DNA of 64,000 bases. It comes from Trueperaceae bacterium. GTDB taxonomy: Bacteria > Deinococcota > Deinococci > Deinococcales > Trueperaceae. A program made the translations under genes and the position numbers. A model generated the notes under the pieces. The model saw nothing but the letters and a program-made list of their open reading frames with translations, searched no databases and had not been told where the DNA came from. The stretch spans positions 1,280,001-1,344,000 of the forward strand of contig OZ243927.1 of assembly GCA_965213925.1 (NCBI GenBank). The letters run 5' to 3'. Numbering within the stretch: position 1 is the first letter of the stretch; each line of letters opens with the position of its first letter. Below, in pieces: positions 9,117 through 18,032 of the stretch.

Positions 9117-9641
9117 GTGAGGTGCTTTATCGCCCTGCCCCTACCCGAAGAGGTCAAGGCGGAGTTGCGGCGCGTTCAGAGTGTTTTAGCACCGCAACTC
9201 CCTGAGAGGGCAGTGCGCTGGACGAAGCCGGAGCAGTTCCATCTCACGTTGGACTTTTTGGGCGAGCTGTCAGAGAACGAGGTCGAGGGGGTTAAAGGGC
9301 GGCTCGAGTCCCTTCATTTCTCCGCGTTCACGCTCAAGCTGGGCGTAGTAGAGAGCTTCGGGCGTCCAGTGAGGGTGCTCTTCGTTGACATTGCCGGAGA
9401 GACCAAAACCTTACGCGAACTGCAACAAGAGGTCGCGCTCAGTGGGAGTACGCAGCGGTTTCACCCTCATTTAACGCTGGCGAGGCTGCGCACCTCTCTC
9501 CCTCATCTGCAAGAGGTCGCGCGAGAAACCCAAGTCGAGCCACTTGCTTGGCAGGTCGAAGAGGTTCGGTTGGTGCAGAGTACGCTCACCCCTCAAGGCG
9601 CACGCTATACGGTGCTGCTCGAGGTCGGGCTCAGTCCTTAA
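9117..9641 (+). CDS. thpR: RNA 2',3'-cyclic phosphodiesterase (2H phosphoesterase)
   Basis: N-terminal RCFIAL and two HxT motifs (FHLTL, PHLTLAR). Confidence 0.9.
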   Translation: MRCFIALPLPEEVKAELRRVQSVLAPQLPERAVRWTKPEQFHLTLDFLGELSENEVEGVKGRLESLHFSAFTLKLGVVESFGRPVRVLFVDIAGETKTLRELQQEVALSGSTQRFHPHLTLARLRTSLPHLQEVARETQVEPLAWQVEEVRLVQSTLTPQGARYTVLLEVGLSP

Positions 9642-9806
9642 CTCGTTTACGCGCTGTGTGATGGTCGTTCTCGAGGAGCGTGTAGCGCCCGAAAGGGGCG
9701 GAGTCGGCGTCCTCACTTAGGGTGATCTTTGCTTAGCGACCCCTCTAGCGAACGCGCCGAGTTGGAACGCCTTTTAGAGTGACTTTTGTGAGGCTCGAGC
9801 CATGAG

Positions 9807-9836
9807 AAAGAGCGACTTATAAGGTCGCTCTTTTTT
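9807..9836. terminator. Bidirectional intrinsic terminator between thpR and the small peptide gene
   Basis: AAAGAGCGAC-TTATAAG-GTCGCTCTTTTTT hairpin between convergent genes. Confidence 0.75.
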
Positions 9837-9860
9837 ACGCCGTAAAACATAGCGTATGAA

Positions 9861-9989
9861 TTAACCACCCCAAGCGCTGCTTCTTCCGTCGGTCGAGGGT
9901 GACGAGCTTTGGTATTTGCCTGCGACGCTGGTGCCGAATCCGAGGCTCAAGAGGCTGACGGTGAGGGCGACGAGCATTTTCTTTTTCAT
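9861..9989 (-). CDS. Small secreted peptide, 42 aa (MKKKMLVALTVSLLSLGFGTSVAGKYQSSSPSTDGRSSAWGG); candidate signalling-peptide precursor
   Basis: Strong RBS (AAAAGGAGAGAATC-ATG), Sec-type signal peptide ending in SVA, and a terminator just downstream. The C-terminus matches the repeats in the neighbouring subtilase. Below the ORF-track size cutoff. Confidence 0.85.
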   Translation of the reverse strand: MKKKMLVALTVSLLSLGFGTSVAGKYQSSSPSTDGRSSAWGG

Positions 9990-10045
9990 GATTCTCTCCT
10001 TTTCGCGCCGGGGTTTCTTCCCTGGTTTGCTCTTATCTTAAAGAG

Positions 10046-10146
10046 CAAAGGTTGCTAAAGGGTTGCCAAAAAGGAGGCAAAAGGTTGCTTTTTTCGCACC
10101 GTCAAAAATAAAAAAATTCACAAGTTCAGCGCATGGCAACCTTTTT
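10046..10146. promoter_or_regulatory. Phased GGTTGC direct repeats plus one inverted copy in the divergent promoter
   Basis: GGTTGC at 10050, 10061 and 10083 (11-bp phase), a degenerate copy near 10073, and inverted GCAACC at 10136. A -10-like TAAGAT on the minus strand at 10040-10035. Confidence 0.55.
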
Positions 10147-10262
10147 GAACCGCACGGCCGGCGTGTGAGTTTTTTGTAAGAGGGCGTGCTCTAGGCTGAT
10201 GGGGCAGAAGTATCGGGTAGGGGGATAGCTTGAAACCAAGCCTCTGCCTCTAGGAGCGCTCT

Positions 10263-11939
10263 ATGTTCAACCGTCTTATCCTGTCAACCCCTTATACAAG
10301 GCGCGTGCTCTTGACGACTACGCTTGCGCTCTCGCTCGGCGGGTGCGGTCTCTCTCCGAGTGAGGACGCCCGTCCGCTCGGCGCTGACGTCCCCGATCCT
10401 CAGTACGCGCTCACCGTCGACCTCAGCGCCAACGATACGCTCACCGGTGTCGAAGCGGCGTATGGCGGCAAGGTGCTCGTCTGGGAGCCGGAAGCATTTG
10501 CGGTCGTAGGGGTGAACGAAAAAGTAGAGGGGCTACTCGAGACCAACGACGATGTCTTCTTGTTCGGTGGTGGGCGTGCGCGAATGGAGGGGCGTTCTTC
10601 CGCTTGGGCTGGTGGACGCTCATCCGCTTGGGCGGGCGGACGTTCTTCCGCTTGGGCTGGTGGACGCTCATCTGCTTGGGCTGGCGGGACCTACGCCTGG
10701 ATGCCTAAAAACACCTCCCTCTGGCAACAGGTTCGTCTGCAAGAAGGGCACGCGCTTGCTAGCAATTTGGGATACGGCGTCAAGGTTGCTGTTATTGATA
10801 CGGGCGTCGACCTCGAGCACCCGGCTTTAAGAGAGGCGTTAGCCCCAGAGAAAGAGTGGTGGGACTTCTATGACGGCGACGCCACGCCTCAAGAGGAGGG
10901 CGTTCTGGGCGAGGGAGGCTACGGACATGGTACCAACGTCGCGGGCATTGTCCGCCAAGTCGCGCCGCGCGCCACAATTCTTCCCATTCGCGTGCTCGGA
11001 CCTGGCGGCAGCGGCAACCTGACCGACGTCGCCTCGGCGATTCACTGGGCGGTGAAGATGAAGGCGGACGTCATCAACTTGAGTTTAGGGAGCGACGAAG
11101 AGGTCAAGGCGATCGAAGAGGTCATCGACACGGCGGTGAAAAAAGGCGTGCTCGTCGTCGCCTCGACGGGCAACACGGGCGACACGGCTGTGTCCTATCC
11201 GGCGCGCTCGGCGACGCGGGCAGAAACGGCTCCGGGGCGGCTCAGCGTGACGAGCGTCGATAACGCAGACGTCAAGTCCGACTTCGCGACGTACCGCGCT
11301 GAGGTCGAACTCTCCGCGCCCGGTGAGAACGTCTACAGTCCGGCTCCAGGGGAACGCTTGGCGGCTTGGAGCGGCACCTCGATGGCTGCGCCGATGGCGT
11401 CTGGCGCGCTCGCGCTCGCGCTCGGCGAGAAACTCAGCGTTAAGCGCAAAGAACTCGCCGAGGCGCTCAAAGCGCAAAGCTTTGACCTCTACGCCGAGGA
11501 AGATAACGCAGACTACGTCGGTCAGTTGGGCGAGGGGCGTTTAGACCTAGCTATCTTTTTAGAAGAGGTTGTCAAGCAGAAGAAGGGTAAAGGCAAAAAA
11601 GACAAAGACGAAGCAGGTCTCTCCTGCGAAGGAGGCGTAACGCGCCTGACGCTGCGCTATACGGGCTCGGATGATGAAGACATCCGCGTGGTCCAAAAGG
11701 ACGGCAAGGCGGTTCTCTTCGAGGGAGAAGTAGACCCTAATGAGACCTTCTCTTTTACGGGTGTTAAGGACGACGGCACGATGGGCAAAGAGATCACCCT
11801 TTACGAAGACGGTAAAAAGCGCGGCAAGTTGCGTACCGATTGCAAAAAACCCATCGGTCCTGGGTTGGTTGAGAAGAACTTCGAAGTGGTCTCTGGCGAG
11901 AGCTTAGGTGAACCGCTCGCCCCAGTGAGCAAAGAGTAA
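10263..11939 (+). CDS. S8 subtilisin-like serine protease lipoprotein with (GRSSAWAG)x4 repeats and a C-terminal Cys-flanked beta domain
   Basis: Lipobox LGGC; catalytic Asp in VAVIDTG, His in GHGTNVAG, Ser in SGTSMAAP; oxyanion Asn in STGN. Confidence 0.92.
   Translation: MFNRLILSTPYTRRVLLTTTLALSLGGCGLSPSEDARPLGADVPDPQYALTVDLSANDTLTGVEAAYGGKVLVWEPEAFAVVGVNEKVEGLLETNDDVFLFGGGRARMEGRSSAWAGGRSSAWAGGRSSAWAGGRSSAWAGGTYAWMPKNTSLWQQVRLQEGHALASNLGYGVKVAVIDTGVDLEHPALREALAPEKEWWDFYDGDATPQEEGVLGEGGYGHGTNVAGIVRQVAPRATILPIRVLGPGGSGNLTDVASAIHWAVKMKADVINLSLGSDEEVKAIEEVIDTAVKKGVLVVASTGNTGDTAVSYPARSATRAETAPGRLSVTSVDNADVKSDFATYRAEVELSAPGENVYSPAPGERLAAWSGTSMAAPMASGALALALGEKLSVKRKELAEALKAQSFDLYAEEDNADYVGQLGEGRLDLAIFLEEVVKQKKGKGKKDKDEAGLSCEGGVTRLTLRYTGSDDEDIRVVQKDGKAVLFEGEVDPNETFSFTGVKDDGTMGKEITLYEDGKKRGKLRTDCKKPIGPGLVEKNFEVVSGESLGEPLAPVSKE
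10590..10688 (+). repeat. Four tandem 24-bp coding repeats encoding GRSSAWAG
   Basis: Units such as GGACGTTCTTCCGCTTGGGCTGGT differ only at synonymous positions. Confidence 0.95.
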
Positions 11940-11967
11940 AAAACACCTTTTAGAAGGAGGAGAGTCT

Positions 11968-14010
11968 ATGTCCGCGCTAAGTCACAACTTTGCTGCTAGC
12001 TCTGTAACTGCGCCTGGAGCCGAAGTCGAAGAGTCGCTCGCTGACGCGGCGGCGGTGCTTGAACAGGACCCGGCGCGGACATTGGAGCTTGCTCACGGCG
12101 TACTCGGTGTATCGGCGAACCTTGCAGTGGCGGCGGAAGCCTCCTTGCTCATCGGCAAAGCGTACTATCAAAAGGGGCATTCAGCCGAAGCGCTGCGCCC
12201 ACTCCTTGAAGCCCACGCGCTGCTGACGGCTGAGGACGCGCAAGCCGCACAAAGCTCCCCGAGTGCGCTCGAGTGCGCTCTCATGCTAGGGCGTGCCCAC
12301 CGTGACCTTGCTCAGTTTGGCGACGCTGCGCGCTGGCTGGACGAAGCCTTAATATTGTCCCGAAGCATGAATAGCCCTTTGGAAGCCGAAGCTCTCAACC
12401 TCCTAGCGGGTGTAGTGGCTGAGAAAGGGGAGTACGGACGCGCGCTCGAGTATCTTAAAGACGCGCTCCCCATCGCCCAACGCCACGGCTTACGGGAGCG
12501 CCAAGCCAATATTTTCGACTACATCGGTCATATAGAATCCTTTCTCGGCAACTATCCGGGCGCTTTAGTGTCCTTGAAGCGAGCGTATGACCTGCTCCAA
12601 AGCGTCGCGCCAGGCTCGCGAAGTGCGATTGCCAACCTCATCAACTTAGGCAACCTCTACCAAGTCATGGGGCAAGACGAGCAGGCGCTCGCCTTTCTGC
12701 AGCGTGCGCGAAAGATTAGCCGCGCGGCGGAGGATACCGTTATGGAGGCGGCGGCGCTCAACAACTTAGCCAACCTCCATTACGACAGAAAGCAGTGGCG
12801 CGTAGCGCAAACTCGCTTCGAGGAGGCGCTCGAGCTTTCTCGTTACGTCAACAACCGGGCTTACGAAATCGACAACTTAGACGGTCTAGGACAGGTGCAA
12901 GTTGCACTAGGACACTTTGAGGACGCGCTCAAAACGCATAGGGCGGCGCTCTCTATCGCCAAGGATGTTGGCGATAGAGGAGGCGAGACGGACGCCCTAC
13001 TCAACTTGGGGCGGGACTACCTCGAGCTGAATCGTCCCGAACATGCGGCGCGCGCTTTAGCTGAAGGGCTCTCGCTCGCTGAGAACTTAGAACGTCTTAA
13101 ATCCGTCTACGAAGCGCACGAACTCCTCGCTAGGGCGTGTGAGGCGAACGGCGACCTGGCGAACGCGCTCTCCCACCAGCGCGAGTTTCACCGTTTGGAA
13201 AGAGCGCTTTTTAGCCGCGAGAGCGAGGAGAAGACGCGCCAGCTCACCGTGCAGTTCGAAGTCGAACGCGCCCGCCACGAAGCCGAAACGTACCGCTTGC
13301 GCACTCAGGTCGCGCAGGAGGCGCGGCGCGAAGCCGAAGCGGCCGTCGCGGAGCGCACCCTGGAACTCGAAGAGGCGCAGCTAGAGGTCGTCACGCGCCT
13401 CGCTCTGGCAGCGGAATACCGCGACGACGTCACCGGCGAGCACACGCGGCGCGTCGGCAGAAACGCCGCCGCCATCGCCTACGCTTTAGGCTGGTCCGAA
13501 GACGAGGTCAAGCTGATGTACACCGCCGCGCGGCTCCACGACGTCGGCAAGATCGGCATCAGCGACGCGGTTTTGCTCAAGCCCGATAAGCTCACCGAGG
13601 ACGAATTCGACCTCATCTGTCACCACACGGTGATCGGCGCGCGCATTTTGTCGGACGGGCGTTCGCAGCTTTTGCAGATGGCTGAAGAGATCGCCCTCGC
13701 CCATCACGAGCGCTGGAACGGGCAGGGCTACCCGTACGGGCTCGTCGGCGAGGCGATCCCCGTAACGGCCAGGATCGTCGCCGTCGCCGACGTGCTCGAC
13801 GCCCTCACGCATGAAAGGCCCTATAAAAAGGCGTGGTCCGTCGCGGAAACGCTCGCAGAGATCGAGCGGGGGAGCGGACGTCACTTCGACCCGCAGGTTG
13901 TGGCGGCGTGCTTGCGCGTCTTTGGCGAGGGTAAGCTTTCGCCCCTCGAGCCCCAAAGCCTAGCGGATACCTTGCGAAATTTATGCGAGGTGTTGGACAG
14001 GCGTTCCTGA
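11968..14010 (+). CDS. TPR-repeat + HD-GYP c-di-GMP phosphodiesterase
   Basis: About 400 aa of TPR-like helices (ALNLLAG, LINLGNLY, ALNNLANL, LDGLGQV, ALLNLGRDY), then EYRDDVTGEHTRRV, LHDVGKIGI and HHERWNGQGYP. No signal peptide or TM segment. Confidence 0.92.
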   Translation: MSALSHNFAASSVTAPGAEVEESLADAAAVLEQDPARTLELAHGVLGVSANLAVAAEASLLIGKAYYQKGHSAEALRPLLEAHALLTAEDAQAAQSSPSALECALMLGRAHRDLAQFGDAARWLDEALILSRSMNSPLEAEALNLLAGVVAEKGEYGRALEYLKDALPIAQRHGLRERQANIFDYIGHIESFLGNYPGALVSLKRAYDLLQSVAPGSRSAIANLINLGNLYQVMGQDEQALAFLQRARKISRAAEDTVMEAAALNNLANLHYDRKQWRVAQTRFEEALELSRYVNNRAYEIDNLDGLGQVQVALGHFEDALKTHRAALSIAKDVGDRGGETDALLNLGRDYLELNRPEHAARALAEGLSLAENLERLKSVYEAHELLARACEANGDLANALSHQREFHRLERALFSRESEEKTRQLTVQFEVERARHEAETYRLRTQVAQEARREAEAAVAERTLELEEAQLEVVTRLALAAEYRDDVTGEHTRRVGRNAAAIAYALGWSEDEVKLMYTAARLHDVGKIGISDAVLLKPDKLTEDEFDLICHHTVIGARILSDGRSQLLQMAEEIALAHHERWNGQGYPYGLVGEAIPVTARIVAVADVLDALTHERPYKKAWSVAETLAEIERGSGRHFDPQVVAACLRVFGEGKLSPLEPQSLADTLRNLCEVLDRRS

Positions 14011-14291
14011 GTGCGCCATAGGATTAGCGCCTGCACGACAGTCAACCTCGCTCCTTTCGCATTCCTACCGCTCTCGTGAATCACAAGCAGGGCTTAGAAT
14101 TTATTACGCCCAGTGTTCACACGGCTCTACCGATTTAGACGCGGACTCGAGCCTCCACCTCACCGCATTGACCCTCGTCGAACCGTAGCCTTCCTAGCAG
14201 GGAAGAGGTGCGGCGCGCGTGCTAAGCTGCTAGACAAACGCAGCGGGCACGCCCGTATTTTTCTTACGCATCATCCGACGAGAGGACGCAT

Positions 14292-17200
14292 ATGGCACGC
14301 ACCTACTACTTTCAACTAAAAGAAGACGACAGCTTAGAAATTCCAGTTTCGAGAGAGGCGCGGGAGCGCTACGGCTTTTCCGAAGACCTCTTCTCTGAGC
14401 ACGGCAACCTCATGCTCGCGGACTTTTCGGCCGCTCAGCGCGTGGCGCAGAGGATCAATGAAGTGCGCGATACGAAGCGCTACCCGCATTCAGCGGTCTC
14501 GGCGGGCGAACTCTACGCCGCCGGGCTCGTCCAGGAACTCTTGCGGCTCCTCGTCTCGCTCTACTTGCAAGAGACGGACGGCACTGTGGTCGAGCGGGCG
14601 TATGCTCACCTCGAGACGTCCCTAGGCGACGAGTTGGAGGGCACCTTAGAGCGCTACGCCCAAGACTTCCCCGCTAAGGTCGTCTATACGAATAAAAGGA
14701 CCATTAAGGAGTACCTCGCGGGTAGTTCCAAGAGCATCCCGCACCGCCAAATCGTCTTCGAAGGACTTTTGCTCCTGCGCATGGCGAACGAGAACCCGGC
14801 GATGGAGCGCTTCGTCGAACTTTTCGACGATGAAGGTCTGGAGCAGCACACCGTCTATAACGAGATCATCACGCAGTTGGAAACCTTCTTCGAAGATGAG
14901 CCCGGTTTCGGCGGCAAAAAGCTTTTAGACGTGCTGCGCGGACCCCTTCGTTCGCACCCGACCTCTTTGGACGCTCAGTTGGAGTATCTGCGCTCACAGT
15001 GGCCTGCGCTGAGCGAGGGACGTTTTTCTGGCTTGATGCGCCGCTTGATGCAGACTTTGGGCACCATCCAAGAGGAGCGCCGCGAGCGCTTCGGCGGCGG
15101 ACCCGGTCCGGCGCACGTCATCGACCCGAGAGCGGAATACGGCGTGACGGGCGCGTTCGAGCAGGTCGAGTACGAGCGCTTCTCGCCCGATTCGTCCTGG
15201 ATGCCCCGCGTCGTGATGCTCGCCAAAAGCACCTTTGTGTGGCTGGGGCAACTCTCGAGGTTCTACGGGCGCGACATCTCCCGCTTAGACCAAGTGCCCG
15301 ACGAAGAGTTGGACGAACTCGCTCGGCGCGGCTTCACAAGCTTGTGGCTCATCGGCTTGTGGGAGCGCAGCGCAGCCTCTAAAAAGATTAAAAACATGCG
15401 CGGCAACCCGGACGCGGTGGCGTCAGCCTACTCCCTGTACGACTACCAGATCGCCAACGATTTAGGCGGGCAAGAGGCGTACGACAACCTCAAGTGGCGC
15501 GCCTGGGAGCGCGGCATCCGCATGGCGTCGGACATGGTCCCCAACCACGTCGGCATCGACGGTCGCTGGGTCGTGGAGCACCCGGACTGGTTCTTGCAAC
15601 TGGGACACTCGCCCTACCCGAGCTACACCTTTAACGGACCTGACTTGTCCAACGACGACCGCGTCGGCATCTTCTTAGAGGACCACTACTACGACAACTC
15701 AGACGCCGCCGTCGTCTTTAAGCGCGTGGACTACCACACGAATAACGAGCGCTACATCTATCACGGCAACGACGGCACCTCGATGCCCTGGAACGACACG
15801 GCGCAGCTCAACTACTTAAACGCCGAGGCGCGCGAAGCCATCATCCAGACCATCCTGCACGTCGCGAGGCTCTCGCCCATCATCCGCTTCGACGCGGCGA
15901 TGACGCTCGCCAAGCGCCACATCCAGAGGCTCTGGTTCCCGGAGCCGGGCTCGGGCGGCGCGATTGCCTCGAGAGCGCAGTACGGCACGATGACGACAGA
16001 TGATTTCAACGCCGCCATCCCCGAAGAGTTCTGGCGCGAAGTCGTGGACCGCGTCGCCGAAGAGGTCCCCGACACGCTCCTCTTAGCCGAAGCCTTCTGG
16101 ATGATGGAAGGCTACTTCGTCCGCACGCTCGGGATGCACAGGGTCTACAACAGCGCTTTCATGCATATGTTCAAAGACGAGGACAACGCCAAGTACCGCA
16201 AATCGATCAAAAACGTTCTGGAGTTCGAGCCCAACATCCTAAAGCGCTACGTCAACTTCATGAGCAACCCCGACGAAGAGACCGCCATCGCGCAGTTCGG
16301 CTCCGACGACAAGTACTTCGGCGTCTGCACGGTGATGGTGACGATGCCGGGTCTGCCGATGTTCGGGCACGGTCAGGTCGAAGGGTTCGAAGAGAAGTAC
16401 GGCATGGAGTTCAAGAGCGCCAAGCGCGAAGAGAACCCTAACGGCTGGCTGATTGAGCGCCACTACCGCGAAGTGTTCCCGCTGATGCACCGCCGCGAGC
16501 AGTTCGCGGAGGTGGAGAACTTCCTCCTTTATGACGTGCATACTGAGAACGGCGTCAACGAGGACGTGTACGCCTACTCGAACCGCGTGGGCGACAGAGC
16601 CTCGCTCGTGGTATTCAACAACAAGTTTTCGCAAGCCAAAGGCTGGATCAAAGACGCCGCGCCGCACGCCACCAAAGAGGGCGGGATGCAGCCCTCGCGT
16701 GACCTCAAAGCTGGGCTCGGTCTCCGGGCGCACAATGACGACTTCACGATTTTCCGCGACCAGGTATCGAACTTGGAGTTCATCCGCCGCTCGGCGGGCC
16801 TTGCGAACGGCTTTTACTTGGAGCTGGAGGCGTTCAAATATCAAGTCTTTTTAGACTTCCGCGAGGTGGAAGACTATGACGGCAACTACGCCCGTATTCA
16901 CGACCAACTCGGCGGACGCGGCGTCGCTAGCATCGAAGAAGAGATTGCGTCCTTACGCCTGCAACCGCTCCACGAAGCCTTCCGCGAGGTCTTGAGTAAA
17001 GAGGTCATCCTCGGCTTGCGCGGCGTAGACCCCAAAGCGCAGAGCGAACTGCAAGCGGCGCTGCCGGAGCGCTATGCGCGGTTCATGGAGAAGACGAGGG
17101 ACTTCACCCCTGAAGACGGTGTAAAAGGGGAGACCGAACCGCTCTTAAACCGCTTCACCGTCGAACTCAGCCACCTGCTCCCGCTACCCTCGTTAGAGAC

Positions 17201-18032
17201 GCTTGCGCCCAAGTTCAAAAAGGGCGGAGAGGTCGAGCAAACCCTCTCCGATAACCTCACCCCAGAGATGAGCGGCAGCCTCTACGCCTGGCTTAGCGTG
17301 CACGGGCTCGGCCACTTTGCAGGCGACGGTTCGAACGAGGCGAGCTTAACGGCGCTGCGGCGCTGGCGCTTGGATAGGGTGCTCGAGGGTGTCTTTAGCG
17401 ACTTGGGCTTACACGCCGAGCGCGTGTTACACATGGTCAAACTCCTGGTGCGCTACAAAAACTGGTACGAGTTAGAGGACGAGGATAAGAAACCCGCCGA
17501 GAAACTCCTGGAACTCCTCCTAGACGACGAGGAGGCTTACGCCTTCTTAGGTGTCAACGAGCACGAAGGGGTGCGCTACTACAATAGGGAGTCCTACCGC
17601 GAACTCACCGCGCGCCTCGCCTGCGTCTCGATTCTCAATTTAAGCGTTTTGAAAGCAAAAGAGGTTGACGCGGGGCTGAAAAAGATTCACCAGGGACTTA
17701 AAGACTTCGCGGTGGCGGAAGCGCGCTCGGAGTACCAGGTGGATAAGCTTTTAGAGGTTAAACCAACGTCTAAAACGACGAAGAAAACAGCGAAGACCTC
17801 TAAGAAGTCAACGACGAAGAAGGCGGCTGCGAAAAAGCCTGCCGCAAAAAAGTTCACTAAAAAAGCCGATGCTGAAAAAGCGGATACTAAAACCGCGACG
17901 AAGAAAATAGCGACTAAGAAGACGGCTGCGAAGAAAACCAGCGCGAAGGCTAAGAAAGAGGAGGGGGGCTCGAGTAAGACTAAATCTGCCTCAACAGACA
18001 AAGAGAAATCCGCCAGCTCTTCGTCGGATTAA
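14292..18032 (+). CDS. Large GH13 alpha-amylase-family glycoside hydrolase with a Lys/Ala-rich C-terminal tail
   Basis: DMVPNH, IRFDAAM (nucleophile), LLAEAFW (acid/base), NPDE and TMPGLPMFGHGQ. Confidence 0.85.
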   Translation: MARTYYFQLKEDDSLEIPVSREARERYGFSEDLFSEHGNLMLADFSAAQRVAQRINEVRDTKRYPHSAVSAGELYAAGLVQELLRLLVSLYLQETDGTVVERAYAHLETSLGDELEGTLERYAQDFPAKVVYTNKRTIKEYLAGSSKSIPHRQIVFEGLLLLRMANENPAMERFVELFDDEGLEQHTVYNEIITQLETFFEDEPGFGGKKLLDVLRGPLRSHPTSLDAQLEYLRSQWPALSEGRFSGLMRRLMQTLGTIQEERRERFGGGPGPAHVIDPRAEYGVTGAFEQVEYERFSPDSSWMPRVVMLAKSTFVWLGQLSRFYGRDISRLDQVPDEELDELARRGFTSLWLIGLWERSAASKKIKNMRGNPDAVASAYSLYDYQIANDLGGQEAYDNLKWRAWERGIRMASDMVPNHVGIDGRWVVEHPDWFLQLGHSPYPSYTFNGPDLSNDDRVGIFLEDHYYDNSDAAVVFKRVDYHTNNERYIYHGNDGTSMPWNDTAQLNYLNAEAREAIIQTILHVARLSPIIRFDAAMTLAKRHIQRLWFPEPGSGGAIASRAQYGTMTTDDFNAAIPEEFWREVVDRVAEEVPDTLLLAEAFWMMEGYFVRTLGMHRVYNSAFMHMFKDEDNAKYRKSIKNVLEFEPNILKRYVNFMSNPDEETAIAQFGSDDKYFGVCTVMVTMPGLPMFGHGQVEGFEEKYGMEFKSAKREENPNGWLIERHYREVFPLMHRREQFAEVENFLLYDVHTENGVNEDVYAYSNRVGDRASLVVFNNKFSQAKGWIKDAAPHATKEGGMQPSRDLKAGLGLRAHNDDFTIFRDQVSNLEFIRRSAGLANGFYLELEAFKYQVFLDFREVEDYDGNYARIHDQLGGRGVASIEEEIASLRLQPLHEAFREVLSKEVILGLRGVDPKAQSELQAALPERYARFMEKTRDFTPEDGVKGETEPLLNRFTVELSHLLPLPSLETLAPKFKKGGEVEQTLSDNLTPEMSGSLYAWLSVHGLGHFAGDGSNEASLTALRRWRLDRVLEGVFSDLGLHAERVLHMVKLLVRYKNWYELEDEDKKPAEKLLELLLDDEEAYAFLGVNEHEGVRYYNRESYRELTARLACVSILNLSVLKAKEVDAGLKKIHQGLKDFAVAEARSEYQVDKLLEVKPTSKTTKKTAKTSKKSTTKKAAAKKPAAKKFTKKADAEKADTKTATKKIATKKTAAKKTSAKAKKEEGGSSKTKSASTDKEKSASSSSD

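Noticed and set aside
9861..9989. The 42-aa Ser-rich peptide as the RiPP precursor for the YcaO at 3589-5082
   Set aside because: It has a Sec signal rather than a leader peptide, lies about 5 kb away in a separate transcription unit, and matches the adjacent protease repeats.
10590..10688. 24-bp repeats as a CRISPR array
   Set aside because: There are no spacers, the repeats are in-frame coding with synonymous variation, and no cas genes are nearby.
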